From assembly GCA_965224195.1 (NCBI GenBank), contig OZ245040.1, positions 1,632,001 to 1,696,000 of the forward strand: a stretch of DNA of 64,000 bases. Direction: 5' to 3'. Position numbers and translations under genes: made by a program. Origin of the DNA: Nitrosopumilus sp. Its GTDB lineage: Archaea > Thermoproteota > Nitrososphaeria > Nitrososphaerales > Nitrosopumilaceae. This document shows positions 10,289 to 21,340 of the stretch, piece after piece (positions within the stretch are counted from its first letter, which is position 1; every line of letters begins with the position of its first letter). The notes under the pieces are model-generated. The model saw nothing but the letters and a program-made list of their open reading frames with translations. It was not told the DNA's origin and made no database searches.

Positions 10289-10906
10289 TTGCTAAATCTA
10301 GGAATTCTAATCTCAGGTCGTGGGAGTAACATGGAATCCATCCTAAAGGCAATTAAGGAAAAAAAGATTCCAATCAATCCAGCAATAGTAATTTCTAACA
10401 AACATGATGCTAAAGGTCTAAAAACTGCAGAAAAATTGGGAGTAAAAATTGAAATTGTTGAAAGCAAAGGATTCAAAGGAACTAGAGCAAAATATGATAA
10501 AGAGATTATCGCCATCCTTACAAAATATGGAGTCACACAAAAAAATGGACTTGTATGTCTTGCAGGATTTATGAGAATTATCAGTCCAGAATTTGTAAAA
10601 AAATACAAAAATAGAATTATCAACATTCATCCAGCCTTACTTCCAGCATTTCCAGGATTAGATTCACAAAAACAAGCACTAGAATATGGAGCCAAAGTAT
10701 CCGGATGCTCAGTTCATTTTGTAGATTCAGGAATGGATACAGGCCCAGTAATTATTCAAGCAGTAGTTAAAATTAATGAAAAAGATACTGAAGAAACATT
10801 ATCAAAAAGAATTCTAAAAGAAGAACATAGAATCTATCCCGAAGCAGTTAATCTTTTTGCTAGAAAAAAGATCAAAATTTCAGGCAGAAGAACTATAATT
10901 AGTTAA
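10289..10906 (+). CDS. purN: phosphoribosylglycinamide formyltransferase
   Basis: ISGRGSN, LAGFMRI, INIHPALLP, HFVD.GMDTGP. Confidence 0.97.
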   Translation: MLNLGILISGRGSNMESILKAIKEKKIPINPAIVISNKHDAKGLKTAEKLGVKIEIVESKGFKGTRAKYDKEIIAILTKYGVTQKNGLVCLAGFMRIISPEFVKKYKNRIINIHPALLPAFPGLDSQKQALEYGAKVSGCSVHFVDSGMDTGPVIIQAVVKINEKDTEETLSKRILKEEHRIYPEAVNLFARKKIKISGRRTIIS

Positions 10907-11223
10907 GAATCAGGACCGCCAAAAAAATACAAAACCTTGAGTTCCTTTGTATTTCCATGAAAGCAATGCTCAACATCTTTGGCCACAAAAAATAATTTGT
11001 CCTTAGAGACCTTGTAATCCTTGTCTTTAATTTTTAGAAAGCCATTTCCTGAAATAACATAGTATACCTCATCACTATCATGTGGTGTTTGAGTGTCTTC
11101 TTCACCAGGTTTCAATACTAGAACTCCTGCGGCTAAACTATCTTTATTGATAAAAGTCTGAAAGTATGAAGTATTATTTTTTATTTTTTCTAGATACGTG
11201 TCTAAATCATACTCTAGTTTCAA
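10903..11223 (-). CDS. cupin domain protein
   Basis: QTPHDSDEVYYVISGNG ... VEHCFH cupin motifs. Confidence 0.9.
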   Translation of the reverse strand: MKLEYDLDTYLEKIKNNTSYFQTFINKDSLAAGVLVLKPGEEDTQTPHDSDEVYYVISGNGFLKIKDKDYKVSKDKLFFVAKDVEHCFHGNTKELKVLYFFGGPDS

Positions 11224-11225
11224 TT

Positions 11226-11510
11226 TTATTCAGCAGCTACTTCGTATGTTTTTCTCTGAGGATCAGCACTCATGAATGAATGCCCAGCAGGGTGAACTTT
11301 TTCATGTTCAGGGCTTTGATGCATTTTGATAAAAGTCTCTTTACTTTCATGCTCTACAAGAATCCTATAGGTGCCATCAGACGATTTTAAGAATTTTCTT
11401 GAGATAAATCCAGGAAAATTACATAATGCCTTGTTTGATTCGGCAAACCAACTTTTGAAATCATCTTCAGCGCCATCCTTGAGTTGAATATCTGCAATCA
11501 TTACAAACAT
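11226..11510 (-). CDS. antibiotic biosynthesis monooxygenase (ABM) family protein
   Basis: FPGFIS..., ESKETF..MHQSPEH pattern; start placed at MFVMIAD. Confidence 0.8.
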   Translation of the reverse strand: MFVMIADIQLKDGAEDDFKSWFAESNKALCNFPGFISRKFLKSSDGTYRILVEHESKETFIKMHQSPEHEKVHPAGHSFMSADPQRKTYEVAAE

Positions 11511-11603
11511 GGTATGACTAGGAAAATGACCATTTAATTTCTTTTCTAAGACTTTCATCTTGGAATTCTAAGGATTAAATATCTACAAATCAAAAAACTG
11601 TTC

Positions 11604-12464
11604 ATGGTAGGCATTAGAATAGACGGTAAAATCATTGCCCAATCAGTCAAGGATAGAGTCAAAAAAGCAGCTGAAGAGTTGAAAAATCAAGGTATTTCAC
11701 CTTGTTTAGCCACAGTCTTGATTGGAGATAGTCCAGCTTCTGCCACATACGTTAAAAACAAGCACATAGCATGTGAAGAAGTAGGAATTACTACAAAAGA
11801 TCATAAACTTGATGCCAACATTACTCAATCAGAATTAACCAAAATTATCGATGAATTAAATGCAGACAAATCAGTTCACGGCATTTTAGTTCAACTTCCA
11901 TTACCAAAACAACTAGATGAATTTGCAACAATGTCAAGAATTTCACCAATAAAAGATGTGGATGGATTAACACCACATAATTCAGGTTTGCTTGCTATGA
12001 AAAAAGCTGTACTAGTTGCATGCACACCATCAGGAGTAATGGAAATGTTTGATTATCACGGAATTGATTTAGAAGGAAAAAATGCTGTCTTGATCAATAG
12101 AAGTAATTTGGTAGGAAAGCCATTGTATCATTTGCTATTAGAAAAAAATGCCACAGTTTTGACATGTCACTCTAAAACTAAAAATTTAACAGAGTTGTGT
12201 CAAGCAGCAGATATCATCATTACGGCGGTGGGAGACAGAAACAAATTCACATTAACTTCAGATATGATTAAAGAAGGAGCAATAGTAATTGATGTTGCAA
12301 TATCAAGATTTCAAGAAAAATTAGTAGGAGATTCAGATTATGACGAAATAATTCAAAAAGCATCATTTGCAACGCCAGTTCCAGGAGGGGTTGGACCCAT
12401 GACAGTTGCAATGCTATTGAAAAACACAATCACATCAGCATCATTGAGTAGTCAAATTGGATAA
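11604..12464 (+). CDS. folD: bifunctional methylenetetrahydrofolate dehydrogenase/cyclohydrolase
   Basis: YVKNK, GILVQLPLP, KDVDG, CTP.G, PVPGGVGPMT. Confidence 0.97.
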   Translation: MVGIRIDGKIIAQSVKDRVKKAAEELKNQGISPCLATVLIGDSPASATYVKNKHIACEEVGITTKDHKLDANITQSELTKIIDELNADKSVHGILVQLPLPKQLDEFATMSRISPIKDVDGLTPHNSGLLAMKKAVLVACTPSGVMEMFDYHGIDLEGKNAVLINRSNLVGKPLYHLLLEKNATVLTCHSKTKNLTELCQAADIIITAVGDRNKFTLTSDMIKEGAIVIDVAISRFQEKLVGDSDYDEIIQKASFATPVPGGVGPMTVAMLLKNTITSASLSSQIG

Positions 12465-13019
12465 AAACTCAGAAAAAGAATCATTACGAAATCGTCTTTT
12501 GGAAACAAGAGACAATACATCTTTTGATTTATTAAAAATTGCAAGTGGAAATATTCAGAAAAAATTAAAAAAAATCTATGCCTTCAAAAATGCTCAGAAA
12601 ATTGGAGCATATTACCCAATAGGGAGCGAAATTTTTACTCAAAACATAATCCAAGAGTTGATCAGTCAAGGAAAAGAGGTGTTTTTGCCCAAAGTTATTG
12701 GAGAAACCATGGAATTTAGAAAAATAATTGATTTTTCAAGCCTAGAACAGGGCAGTTTTGACATTATGGAACCAAAGAAAATTGTCCAGTAGAGAACAAT
12801 CTAGATGTCATTTTAGTGCCAACAGTAGGAATAGATCTTAGTGGGGTTAGATTAGGCTATGGTTATGGATTTTATGACAAATATTTGGCAGAAAATAAAA
12901 CTATAACAATTTCTCTCACATTAGAAAAACAGATCATCAAAAAAATTCCAAAATCAGATCACGATATCTTAATTGATTGGATTCTTACTGAAGATCAAAT
13001 GATACAAACTCAAAGATAA
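12457..13019 (+). CDS. 5-formyltetrahydrofolate cyclo-ligase, split by a 1-bp frameshift (probably sequencing indel)
   Basis: N-part 12457-12792 and C-part with RLGYGYGFYD and HD..ID. One extra A in the A-run near 12780 joins them. Confidence 0.85.
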
Positions 13020-14276
13020 GAAAAACCTTTTTGACCAATATCCTTGCGGTTAAATTTCTGAGACCACGTAATCTTTTCAGTTGCAGCATATGCATTTTTA
13101 ATTGCAGATTCTAATGTATCACCTAATGCAGTTATTCCCAATACACGTCCACCATTTGAAAGAATCTTTTCTCCAGATTGTTTTGTTCCAGCATGAAAAA
13201 CAATTGCCCCTTTAGGGACAGAATCAAACCCAGTTATTTCATCATCTTTTGAACAATCCTCCGGATATCCCTTTGATACCAAAACAACACATACTGCAAA
13301 TTGTGATTTCCAAGTAGGAGAAGGTAAAGAGGACAGCATACCATCAACACTTGCTACAAAATAATCATACAAATCAAAATCCATCCTCATAGTAATTGGC
13401 TGGCATTCAGGATCACCCATTCGAACATTGTATTCTAAAACAAAAGGTTTACCATCTCGAATCATAATTCCCGCATACAAAAAGCCCTTGAACAAAATTC
13501 CTTCCTTTTTCATTGCATGGATGGTTTTTTCAATAACTTGTTCTTGAATTATTTTTGCCAAACTATCATCAACTATAGGAGTAGGAGAATACGCGCCCAT
13601 TCCGCCAGTATTTGGGCCCTCATCATTATCAAAAATTCTCTTATGATCTTGGCTTGAAGCCATAGGAATAGCAACATCCCCCATCAGAAAGGGCAATGTA
13701 TGAGGCTTCAATTCCATCAATTCTCTCCTCAATGATAATTCTATTTCCAGCATCACCAAATGTCTTATTTACCAAAATGGTCTGAATTGCAGAAATTGCC
13801 TCATCATTACTGTTACAGACAATTACACCTTTTCCTGCTGCCAAACCATCTGCCTTGACAACTACATTGTAATCAAGTGATTTCACATATTCTTGAGCCT
13901 GCTGAGCATCATCAAATATTTCAAATCTAGCAGTAGGTATTTCATTTCGTTTCATAAAGTCTTTGGCCCAAATCTTACTTGATTCAAGTTGAGCAGCTTG
14001 TTGGGATGGTCCAAATACTTTGAGACCTAGTTTGTTAAATTTATCAACAATTCCAGCAGCTAGAGGGTCTTCAGGACCAACTACGGTAAAACAATTATTT
14101 TTTTGAGCAAAATCTGCCAACCCATCTAAATCATCTACACTAATTGGAACATTATTTTCTGTTCCCCCATTTCCAGGAGCGATGAAAACAGTTTCAACTT
14201 TACTGCTTTGAGATAACCTCCAGGATAAGGAATGTTCTCGTCCACCAGAACCAATTACTAAGATATTTACCAACAA
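13010..14276 (-). CDS. purD: phosphoribosylamine-glycine ligase, split by a 1-bp frameshift (probably sequencing indel)
   Basis: GSGGREH, KADGLAAGKGV, QDHKR, GPNTGGMGAY, GGRVL. One extra G in the G5 run near 13680 splits the frame. Confidence 0.92.
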
Positions 14277-14359
14277 AAATTATCTGCTTCCCAATTATAT
14301 AATCCAATTCTCAACAAATCAATTTAGCTTTATAATGCCACAAACATTCCAAAATTTAG

Positions 14360-17300
14360 ATGGAACTTTCCCCAAAATTTGATGCCAAAGCAATAGAATC
14401 TGAAATTAGAAAGTACATCAAATCCATTGATTTAGAGAAACAGATTTTTGCATCAGACAAGCCTGAAAAAATCCGATTTATCGAGGGTCCACCCACTATG
14501 AATGGAATCCCACATGCAGGACATCTCAGAGGTAGAGTAATCAAGGATTTGTGGTATCGATTCAATACACTACAAGGGAAAAAGATTGAATTCAATGGCG
14601 GATGGGACACGCAAGGGCTTCCAGTTGAATTACAAGTTGAAAAAGAATTAGGAGTTACGGGAGGAAAAAGTGAGGCCATCAAAGAATTTGGAGTTGAAAG
14701 AATTGTTTCTGAATGTAAAAAAGTTGTAGAAAAATTCAACAAAACATGGGTTGATGTTGATGAGCAACTTGGAATGTCATTTAATCATGAAAAAGCATAT
14801 TGGACATTTAGAGATGAGTTTATCGAAAGAGAATGGCAGGTTCTCAAAAAAGCATATGAAAATAAAATTTTAGAAGAAGACTTTACTGTAATTGCGTATT
14901 GTCCAAGTTGTCAAACATCACTTAGCCATGCAGAAGTAAATCAAGGATATGAAGAAGTCAAAGACCCATCATTATACTACAAAGTCAAACTAGTAGATGA
15001 GGATGCATTTTTGATAGTATGGACTACAATGCCATTCACCCTTGTAACTGATGCCATGGTAGGATTACAACCTAAAGAAGACTATGCATATGTCAAAGTA
15101 GAAAATGAAACTTGGGTAGTTGGAAAAACAAGATTAAAAGAATTCATGGCAGAGGTAAAAATTGAAGAATATATAATTGAGAAAACTGCAAAAGGATCAG
15201 AATTTGAAGGAAAAAAATACATCCATCCACTATTAGATTTGATTCCAGAATTAAAAAAAATTTCAAAACTAGGTAACTATCATGTGGCAGTATCAGAATC
15301 ATTTGTAGATGCAAGTACTGGAAGCGGTCTGGTCCATTTGTCACCTGCAAATGGTGAGGAAGACATCAAGATTGCAAACAAACGCAAAGTCAAAATTTTC
15401 AGCCCCATTAATGATGAGGTAAAATTTACTGAAAAAGCAGGAAAATACCAAGGAATGTTTGTCAGAGATGCAGACAGACCAATTGTTGAGGATCTAAAAG
15501 AGTGCAATGCACTTGTAAAAATTGGTAAAATTAAACACAAGTATCCACTTTGCTGGAGATCACACCATCCAATTGTTTGGCTTGCCAGAAGAGGATGGTT
15601 TTACAAATTAGATAGATTAGATAACAAAGCAATTGATGCTGCAGAAAGTGTAGAGTATTTTTATGAGCAACCAAAAAACAGATTTCTTGGAATTATCAAA
15701 GAAAGACACCCTTGGTGTATCTCTCGAGAAAGGATTTGGGGTTGTCCTCTACCAGTTTGGAATTGTGAAGATTGTGGTGAGAAAAATTGGTTCTTCGCTA
15801 GAAAAGATATTGTAGATTCTGCAGACAAACTGCCAGACGGTCCTAACTTTGAATTGCACAGACCGTGGATTGACAACATTACAATAAAATGTAAAAAATG
15901 TAATGGTGTTAATACAAAAAGAGAAGAATATGTTTTAGACACTTGGCACAACAGTGGCTCTGCACCATATGCGTCACTAACTGATGAAGAATATGCTAAT
16001 GATATTCCTGCACCATTTTTCACAGAAGGTATTGACCAAACTAGGGGTTGGGCATACACACTACTAATTGAAAATGTAATTTTAAACAGTACGGCAACTC
16101 CACCTTACAAAGCATTCTTGTTTCAAGGACATGTGTTAGACGAGAAAGGAGGGAAGATGAGTAAAAGTAAAAGCAATGTTCTAGAAGGAGCAGAACTGCT
16201 TGAAAAATATCCAGTGGACTTGATTAGATTCTATTTCATGTGGAAAGCAAGTCCAATTGAGCCACTAAGTTTTAGCACAGATGAATTAATGTCAAGACCA
16301 TATCAGGTAATTAGCACATTATTCAATTTACACCTGTACTTTCAGCAAAATAGTCAATACGACAATTTTGACAAATCAAACTCTGTAGAATGGGCAAAGC
16401 AAAATGACTTGCTTACATCTCCAGATATCTGGCTATTATCTAAGCTCCAAAAGCTAATTCAGACTCTTACTGAGAAAAATGAATCATGTAAATTTCACGA
16501 AGGGGCAAAGGCAATTGATGATTTTATAATTAACAATCTTAGTCAAATTTACATCCCAATTACCAGAGGAGAGTTATGGGATGAGGCCGATGAAAAGAAA
16601 AATAGAAGATTGTCAATCTATGCAGTTCTAAGTGAAGTTCTTAAGACATTGGACATTCTGATTCATCCATTTTGTCCATTTACAAGTGAACATCTCTATC
16701 AATCAATATTTCCAGAAAAACAAAGCATTCTACTTGACAAATGGCCAACATATCAAGAAGGTTTAGTCAGTGAAGAAATTGAAGAATCATTTGATATTAT
16801 GAAAGATGTTGTATCAATTTCTTCAGCTGCCAGAATGAAAGGAAAGCTGAAAAGAAGATGGCCATTAAATGAGGCTCAGATTTGTGTAAAGAAAGGCCAG
16901 AAAAATAAACTTGAATCATTGTCTGAGCTGTTACAGTCTCAACTAAATGTTGAGAAATTTACAATTACTGAAACGGAAAAAGAATCAGGGCTGGAACAAA
17001 TTTTAGAGTTAAAACAATTGGGATTGCCAGTCAAAGGAGTAGTTGAATTAGAAAGAAAACGAATCGGACCTAAAGCAAAGCAACACATGGGAAAACTTGT
17101 CTCTACATTTAATGAAACAAATCCGGATGAAATAATTTCATCATTAGAGAAAAATTCAAAATATGACTTCAATATTGATGGGCAAACCGTCTCACTAGAC
17201 AATGAAGACTTTGTGATAGACTTTGATGCAAGTGAAAATTTTGCAGCTGCAAAAAGAAAAAACTATACTGTAATAATTTCTACATCCAGAAACAAAGAGT

Positions 17301-17557
17301 TGATGGCAAAGGGGTTGGCAAAAGACATTGCAAGAAGACTTCAAACACTTAGAAAAGAGAGGGGATACACGCCAACTGATGTTTTAGATGTCGCATCAAT
17401 TTTAGAGTTAGATGAGGAATCCCTTGAAATGATGAAAGAGAAAGCCGAAGAGCTAGCATTTTTAGTCAGAGTAAAAAAAGTCAACTTTACAGAATCTTGT
17501 AAGGAATACAAAGAAGATGACATTGATGGTCAAAAAATCAAAATTTCAGTAGAATAG
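14360..17557 (+). CDS. ileS: isoleucine-tRNA ligase (archaeal type)
   Basis: EGPP..NG.PHAGH, GWDTQGLP, WTT.P.TL, WCISRER.WG, EGIDQTRGW, KMSKS. Confidence 0.98.
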   Translation: MELSPKFDAKAIESEIRKYIKSIDLEKQIFASDKPEKIRFIEGPPTMNGIPHAGHLRGRVIKDLWYRFNTLQGKKIEFNGGWDTQGLPVELQVEKELGVTGGKSEAIKEFGVERIVSECKKVVEKFNKTWVDVDEQLGMSFNHEKAYWTFRDEFIEREWQVLKKAYENKILEEDFTVIAYCPSCQTSLSHAEVNQGYEEVKDPSLYYKVKLVDEDAFLIVWTTMPFTLVTDAMVGLQPKEDYAYVKVENETWVVGKTRLKEFMAEVKIEEYIIEKTAKGSEFEGKKYIHPLLDLIPELKKISKLGNYHVAVSESFVDASTGSGLVHLSPANGEEDIKIANKRKVKIFSPINDEVKFTEKAGKYQGMFVRDADRPIVEDLKECNALVKIGKIKHKYPLCWRSHHPIVWLARRGWFYKLDRLDNKAIDAAESVEYFYEQPKNRFLGIIKERHPWCISRERIWGCPLPVWNCEDCGEKNWFFARKDIVDSADKLPDGPNFELHRPWIDNITIKCKKCNGVNTKREEYVLDTWHNSGSAPYASLTDEEYANDIPAPFFTEGIDQTRGWAYTLLIENVILNSTATPPYKAFLFQGHVLDEKGGKMSKSKSNVLEGAELLEKYPVDLIRFYFMWKASPIEPLSFSTDELMSRPYQVISTLFNLHLYFQQNSQYDNFDKSNSVEWAKQNDLLTSPDIWLLSKLQKLIQTLTEKNESCKFHEGAKAIDDFIINNLSQIYIPITRGELWDEADEKKNRRLSIYAVLSEVLKTLDILIHPFCPFTSEHLYQSIFPEKQSILLDKWPTYQEGLVSEEIEESFDIMKDVVSISSAARMKGKLKRRWPLNEAQICVKKGQKNKLESLSELLQSQLNVEKFTITETEKESGLEQILELKQLGLPVKGVVELERKRIGPKAKQHMGKLVSTFNETNPDEIISSLEKNSKYDFNIDGQTVSLDNEDFVIDFDASENFAAAKRKNYTVIISTSRNKELMAKGLAKDIARRLQTLRKERGYTPTDVLDVASILELDEESLEMMKEKAEELAFLVRVKKVNFTESCKEYKEDDIDGQKIKISVE

Positions 17558-17609
17558 ATTTTGAAAATAAATGTAATATTTTTATTACATTCAGAAATTT
17601 TATAAGCAA

Positions 17610-18194
17610 ATGTCAGAATCAGCCCCAAACGTTGTTGGAATTAACGTTCTAAAACAAAACGGCCTAGATGTTGATGAATTGTTAAAGGAATTAATCAAAA
17701 ATGCAGCAGTAGAATTTACTGCATACTATTACTTTACCAATCTTAGAGCACATTGTACAGGCATGGAGGGAGAAGGATTGAAAGGAGTTATCGAAGATGC
17801 AAGATTAGAAGATCTTAGTCACTTTGAATCATGTCTTGAGAGAATCTATCAATTAGGTGGAACTCTTCCAAATGATGCAACAGAATTTATCAAAATTTCT
17901 GGCTGTGAATTCTTACAACTTCCAACAAATCCAACAGATCATAAAGCGATTCTAGAAAAATGTCTCAAAGCAGAACAGGGTGCAATAGTCAACTGGAATA
18001 AAATTTGCCAAATGACATTCGGGAAAGATCCTGTTACACACGATATTGCAAAAGATATCCTAGCTGAGGAGATCGAACATGAGTCTTGGTTCCTTGAGTT
18101 AATCTATGGACGACCATCAGGACACATGCGAAGAAAGTATGCAGGTGAGAGGCCACATACAAGAAAACATTCTAGAGCATTAGACATGGCCTAA
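17610..18194 (+). CDS. Dps-like (DpsL) ferritin-family protein
   Basis: EFTAYYYF, EDARLED..HFE, ILAEEIEHE ferroxidase motifs. Confidence 0.9.
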   Translation: MSESAPNVVGINVLKQNGLDVDELLKELIKNAAVEFTAYYYFTNLRAHCTGMEGEGLKGVIEDARLEDLSHFESCLERIYQLGGTLPNDATEFIKISGCEFLQLPTNPTDHKAILEKCLKAEQGAIVNWNKICQMTFGKDPVTHDIAKDILAEEIEHESWFLELIYGRPSGHMRRKYAGERPHTRKHSRALDMA

Positions 18195-18308
18195 GTGCCA
18201 AATCATTTTCTTTATTTTAAATTTAAAATTAAAGTGATTTTATACACGACAAGTTGTGAAGATGCGTTGTTTTATCACGGTTAAATAGAAAAATCACGCA
18301 TTATTAGC

Positions 18309-18647
18309 ATGGTAAAACAGATTAGCCTTGATGCCTGGCAAATTCAGCACTTGTCAGATCTGTTAGAAAAAGGCTCAAACATTGTTACAAAAACAAACAG
18401 ACCAATTGTTTTGTACAGACAAACTCTTGAAGAAGAAGAAGAATCTTATGAAGAAATTGTATGTACACTTACCAAAGGATATGTAGTTGAGCAGATGGTA
18501 ACATCTGGAGGAATTTTGGTTCCAAGTTTTCACCAACAATTTGTATTTACCATTGAAGAATATCCTCAAGAACTATTACGAAAAAGTAAAGATCGCTTTT
18601 TAGAAATGATTGATTTTCTAGACGAACAATTGAAAATAGTATCATAG
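18309..18647 (+). CDS. hypothetical protein
   Basis: 112-aa ATG ORF in core block. Confidence 0.75.
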   Translation: MVKQISLDAWQIQHLSDLLEKGSNIVTKTNRPIVLYRQTLEEEEESYEEIVCTLTKGYVVEQMVTSGGILVPSFHQQFVFTIEEYPQELLRKSKDRFLEMIDFLDEQLKIVS

Positions 18648-18679
18648 TTAATAAATACCGTAAATTTCATGAGCTTTGC

Positions 18680-19786
18680 ATGCAATTACTTGAATTTCAG
18701 GCCAAGGAATTATTTCGAGAATATGGAATTAACTTACTTGATGGCATCTCATCTACCAATATCGAAGATGGACGCAAACATGCAAAAGAAATAGGATATC
18801 CATTTGTGATTAAAATTCAAGTGCCTGTTGGAGGCAGAGGAAAAGCAGGAGGCATTCAAAAATGTCAAAACGATGATGAATTTGAGCTAAAATATCCACA
18901 AGTAATGGACTTGACAATAAAAGGTGAAAAGGCAAGAGCAATTTTGCTTGAAAAAATGGCAGATATCAAGAAAGAATTGTACCTTTCAATATTCTTGAAT
19001 CGTTCAAAGAGATGCTATACAATTATTGCATCGGCTGAAGGTGGAGTTGAAATTGAATCAGTCAAAAGTCAAATTATTAAAGAAGTTGGATTAGGAGATG
19101 TTTCAGACGAACTAGCAAGAGAAGTTGCAAAAGAAATGGAACTAAAAGGAAGTACAGCAGAACAATTTATTGACACTTTAAAAAAATTATCAAAATTAAC
19201 AATTGAAAAAGAAGCAGAACTTGTAGAAATTAATCCGTTAGCAATTATGCAAGATGATTCAATCATGGCACTAGATGGGAAATTTGTTACAGATGACAAT
19301 AGTAATTTCAGACATCCAGAGTTACAACAATATCAGGAAAAAACAGCCATTGAAGAACAGGCTGAAAAAAATGGATTCTCTTTAGTTGAACTTGATGGAG
19401 ATATCGCAGTTGTTGGTAATGGTGCAGGATTAGTAATGTCAACATTAGACATGCTATCAGATAACGGTGGAAAACCGGCATGTTTCCTGGATGTTGGTGG
19501 CGGTGCAACAACTGAATCCGTATACGAAGCATTAACCCTAATCAGCCAATTACCAAGAGTGAAAGGAATTCTTGTAAATCTTTACGGAGGAATTGTAAAG
19601 ACTACTGTAGTTGCTGAAGCATTTCTCAAGGCATATGAAAATAATCTAATTGATTTACCAGTATTCTCAAGACTAAGGGGAACAGAATCAGAAAAAGCAA
19701 AAGAGATGCTTCAAGGCTCTAGAACCAACATATTTGATTCTGTAGAAGATGCAATAAATGCAGCAGTAATGGGGATTAAAAAATGA
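18680..19786 (+). CDS. sucC: succinyl-CoA synthetase beta subunit
   Basis: GGRGKAGG, EINPL, GNGAGL, FLDVGGG. Confidence 0.95.
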   Translation: MQLLEFQAKELFREYGINLLDGISSTNIEDGRKHAKEIGYPFVIKIQVPVGGRGKAGGIQKCQNDDEFELKYPQVMDLTIKGEKARAILLEKMADIKKELYLSIFLNRSKRCYTIIASAEGGVEIESVKSQIIKEVGLGDVSDELAREVAKEMELKGSTAEQFIDTLKKLSKLTIEKEAELVEINPLAIMQDDSIMALDGKFVTDDNSNFRHPELQQYQEKTAIEEQAEKNGFSLVELDGDIAVVGNGAGLVMSTLDMLSDNGGKPACFLDVGGGATTESVYEALTLISQLPRVKGILVNLYGGIVKTTVVAEAFLKAYENNLIDLPVFSRLRGTESEKAKEMLQGSRTNIFDSVEDAINAAVMGIKK

Positions 19787-20700
19787 CAGACGTCTTTGAA
19801 CTGCTAAAGGGAAAAACAGAAGATTCAGATTATGAGAACAAAGGAGTCATTGTTCAGGGAATCACTGGGGCATATGGCTCACTACATGCAAAACAAATGA
19901 TAGCATACGGAACCAACGTAGTTGCAGGTGTTACCCCAGGCAAAGGAGGTCAAAAATTTGAGGATAAAATTCCAATTTACAACACAATGCAGGAAGCAGC
20001 AGATGCAACTGGTGCAAAAATCTCAATTATCTTTGTTCCAGCAAAGTTCTTCCTAGGTGCTGCCAAAGATGCATTAAATGCAGGAATCAAATTGCTAGTT
20101 GCAATTCCAGAACACGTTCCAATTAGAGATACTATGGAAACACTGGATTTAGCAAAACAAAAAGGAGCAATAGTCATCGGACCAAACACGCCAGGAATAA
20201 TGATTCCAGAACTAATCAAAATAGGAATCATGCCGCCAATGCCATTCAAAGCAGGAAAAATTGCAGTACTGTCAAAAAGTGGAACATTGCTTTATGAAAT
20301 TTCTGATGCCCTTACAAATTCAGGATTTGGTCAATCAATCACCATTGGAATTGGAGGGGACCCAGTTAACGGAACAAGATTAATTGACGCATTTGAAATG
20401 GTAAAAGATATTCCAGATATGGAAGGCTTGGTGATAGTTGGAGAAATAGGAGGAGACTCTGAAGAAATTTTAGCTCAAAGAATTATTGACAGTGGATTTA
20501 GCAAACCAGCTGTTGCATACATTGCAGGAAGAGCGGCACCTAAAGAAAAGAGAATGGGTCATGCAGGTGCAATAGTTATGGGAAATTATGGATCAGCTGA
20601 ATCCAAAGTATCTATGTTTAACAAAGCAAACATTCCAGTAGCAAAAAGACCTGCAGAAGTACCAGTATTATTAGCAGGAAAGATGGAAAAATCCGATTAG
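19783..20700 (+). CDS. sucD: succinyl-CoA synthetase alpha subunit
   Basis: VQGITG, GPNTPG, SKSGTL, GIGGD, RMGHAGA (phospho-His). Confidence 0.96.
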   Translation: MTDVFELLKGKTEDSDYENKGVIVQGITGAYGSLHAKQMIAYGTNVVAGVTPGKGGQKFEDKIPIYNTMQEAADATGAKISIIFVPAKFFLGAAKDALNAGIKLLVAIPEHVPIRDTMETLDLAKQKGAIVIGPNTPGIMIPELIKIGIMPPMPFKAGKIAVLSKSGTLLYEISDALTNSGFGQSITIGIGGDPVNGTRLIDAFEMVKDIPDMEGLVIVGEIGGDSEEILAQRIIDSGFSKPAVAYIAGRAAPKEKRMGHAGAIVMGNYGSAESKVSMFNKANIPVAKRPAEVPVLLAGKMEKSD

Positions 20701-20731
20701 AATAAAAGAGAGAGATAGAGGAGAAAATTAA

Positions 20732-20899
20732 ATGCCCATCACAGACCCAGAAAAGAAACGAATTGCACAACAGGCACGCCTTGTAATGAGAATTTGCTTC
20801 AAATGTGGTGCTAGAAACGACATTGCCGCTACACGATGTAGAAAATGTAGAAATCCATACTTGAGATTAAAGAACAGAAATCTCGGTGTAAAGAAATAG
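20732..20899 (+). CDS. rpl40e: 50S ribosomal protein L40e
   Basis: Manual translation MPITDPEKKRIAQQARLVMRICFKCGARNDIAATRCRKCRNPYLRLKNRNLGVKK. Confidence 0.93.
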   Translation: MPITDPEKKRIAQQARLVMRICFKCGARNDIAATRCRKCRNPYLRLKNRNLGVKK

Positions 20900-20901
20900 A
20901 A

Positions 20902-21150
20902 TTAAGAAATCATTAATCTTTGCCTATAATCTACAATTGCAGATTTTAATTCAACATTGTATTGTTTGACAAAGGATTTTGCCTCATCAGGATTGTCCAA
21001 TTCTTCAAAAGTCAGCTGTAAATCTTCAGGGAGTTGTTCATTCATTTGAAACAAAACTTTAGCAGCCTCTACATACTGCCCTAAATTATCAGCATATTCA
21101 AACGCTAATTTCATCCGGTCAATTAACACGTCAAATTCTTGTAAAGACAT
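20902..21150 (-). CDS. hypothetical protein
   Basis: 82-aa ATG ORF convergent with rpl40e. Confidence 0.7.
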   Translation of the reverse strand: MSLQEFDVLIDRMKLAFEYADNLGQYVEAAKVLFQMNEQLPEDLQLTFEELDNPDEAKSFVKQYNVELKSAIVDYRQRLMIS

Positions 21151-21244
21151 GAAAATTATTTTCAGAATTAGTAGAAAAGGTCAAGGTAATTGTGACATAA
21201 TCACATAGCAAAGACAAAAAAATAGCTTTTGAATTAATTTAGTT

Positions 21245-21340
21245 GGACCGGTCGTCTAGTTTGGTTTGGATGACGCACTCACACTGCGTAAGGAAATTAC
21301 TTTCCCGCAAAGGTCGTGGGTTCGAATCCCATCCGGTCTA
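21245..21340 (+). tRNA. tRNA-Val(CAC) with a 21-nt BHB intron at position 44/45 (21291-21311)
   Basis: Acceptor GGACCGG/CCGGTCT-A; anticodon arm ACGCA-CTCACAC-TGCGT; T arm GTGGG-TTCGAAT-CCCAT. BHB formed by TGCG-TAA-GGAAA...TTTCC-CGCA-AAG. Removing the intron restores AGGTC. Confidence 0.9.

Noticed and set aside
12457-14276. purD and 5-FCL as true pseudogenes (purine/folate loss)
   Set aside because: Each has one single-base indel in a homopolymer with otherwise intact motifs, and purN/folD are intact. Sequencing error is more likely; needs accurate reads.
14356-17523. Multiple minus-strand ORFs within ileS (and similar ones opposite other long genes)
   Set aside because: Antisense shadows of well-supported genes with no recognisable motifs.
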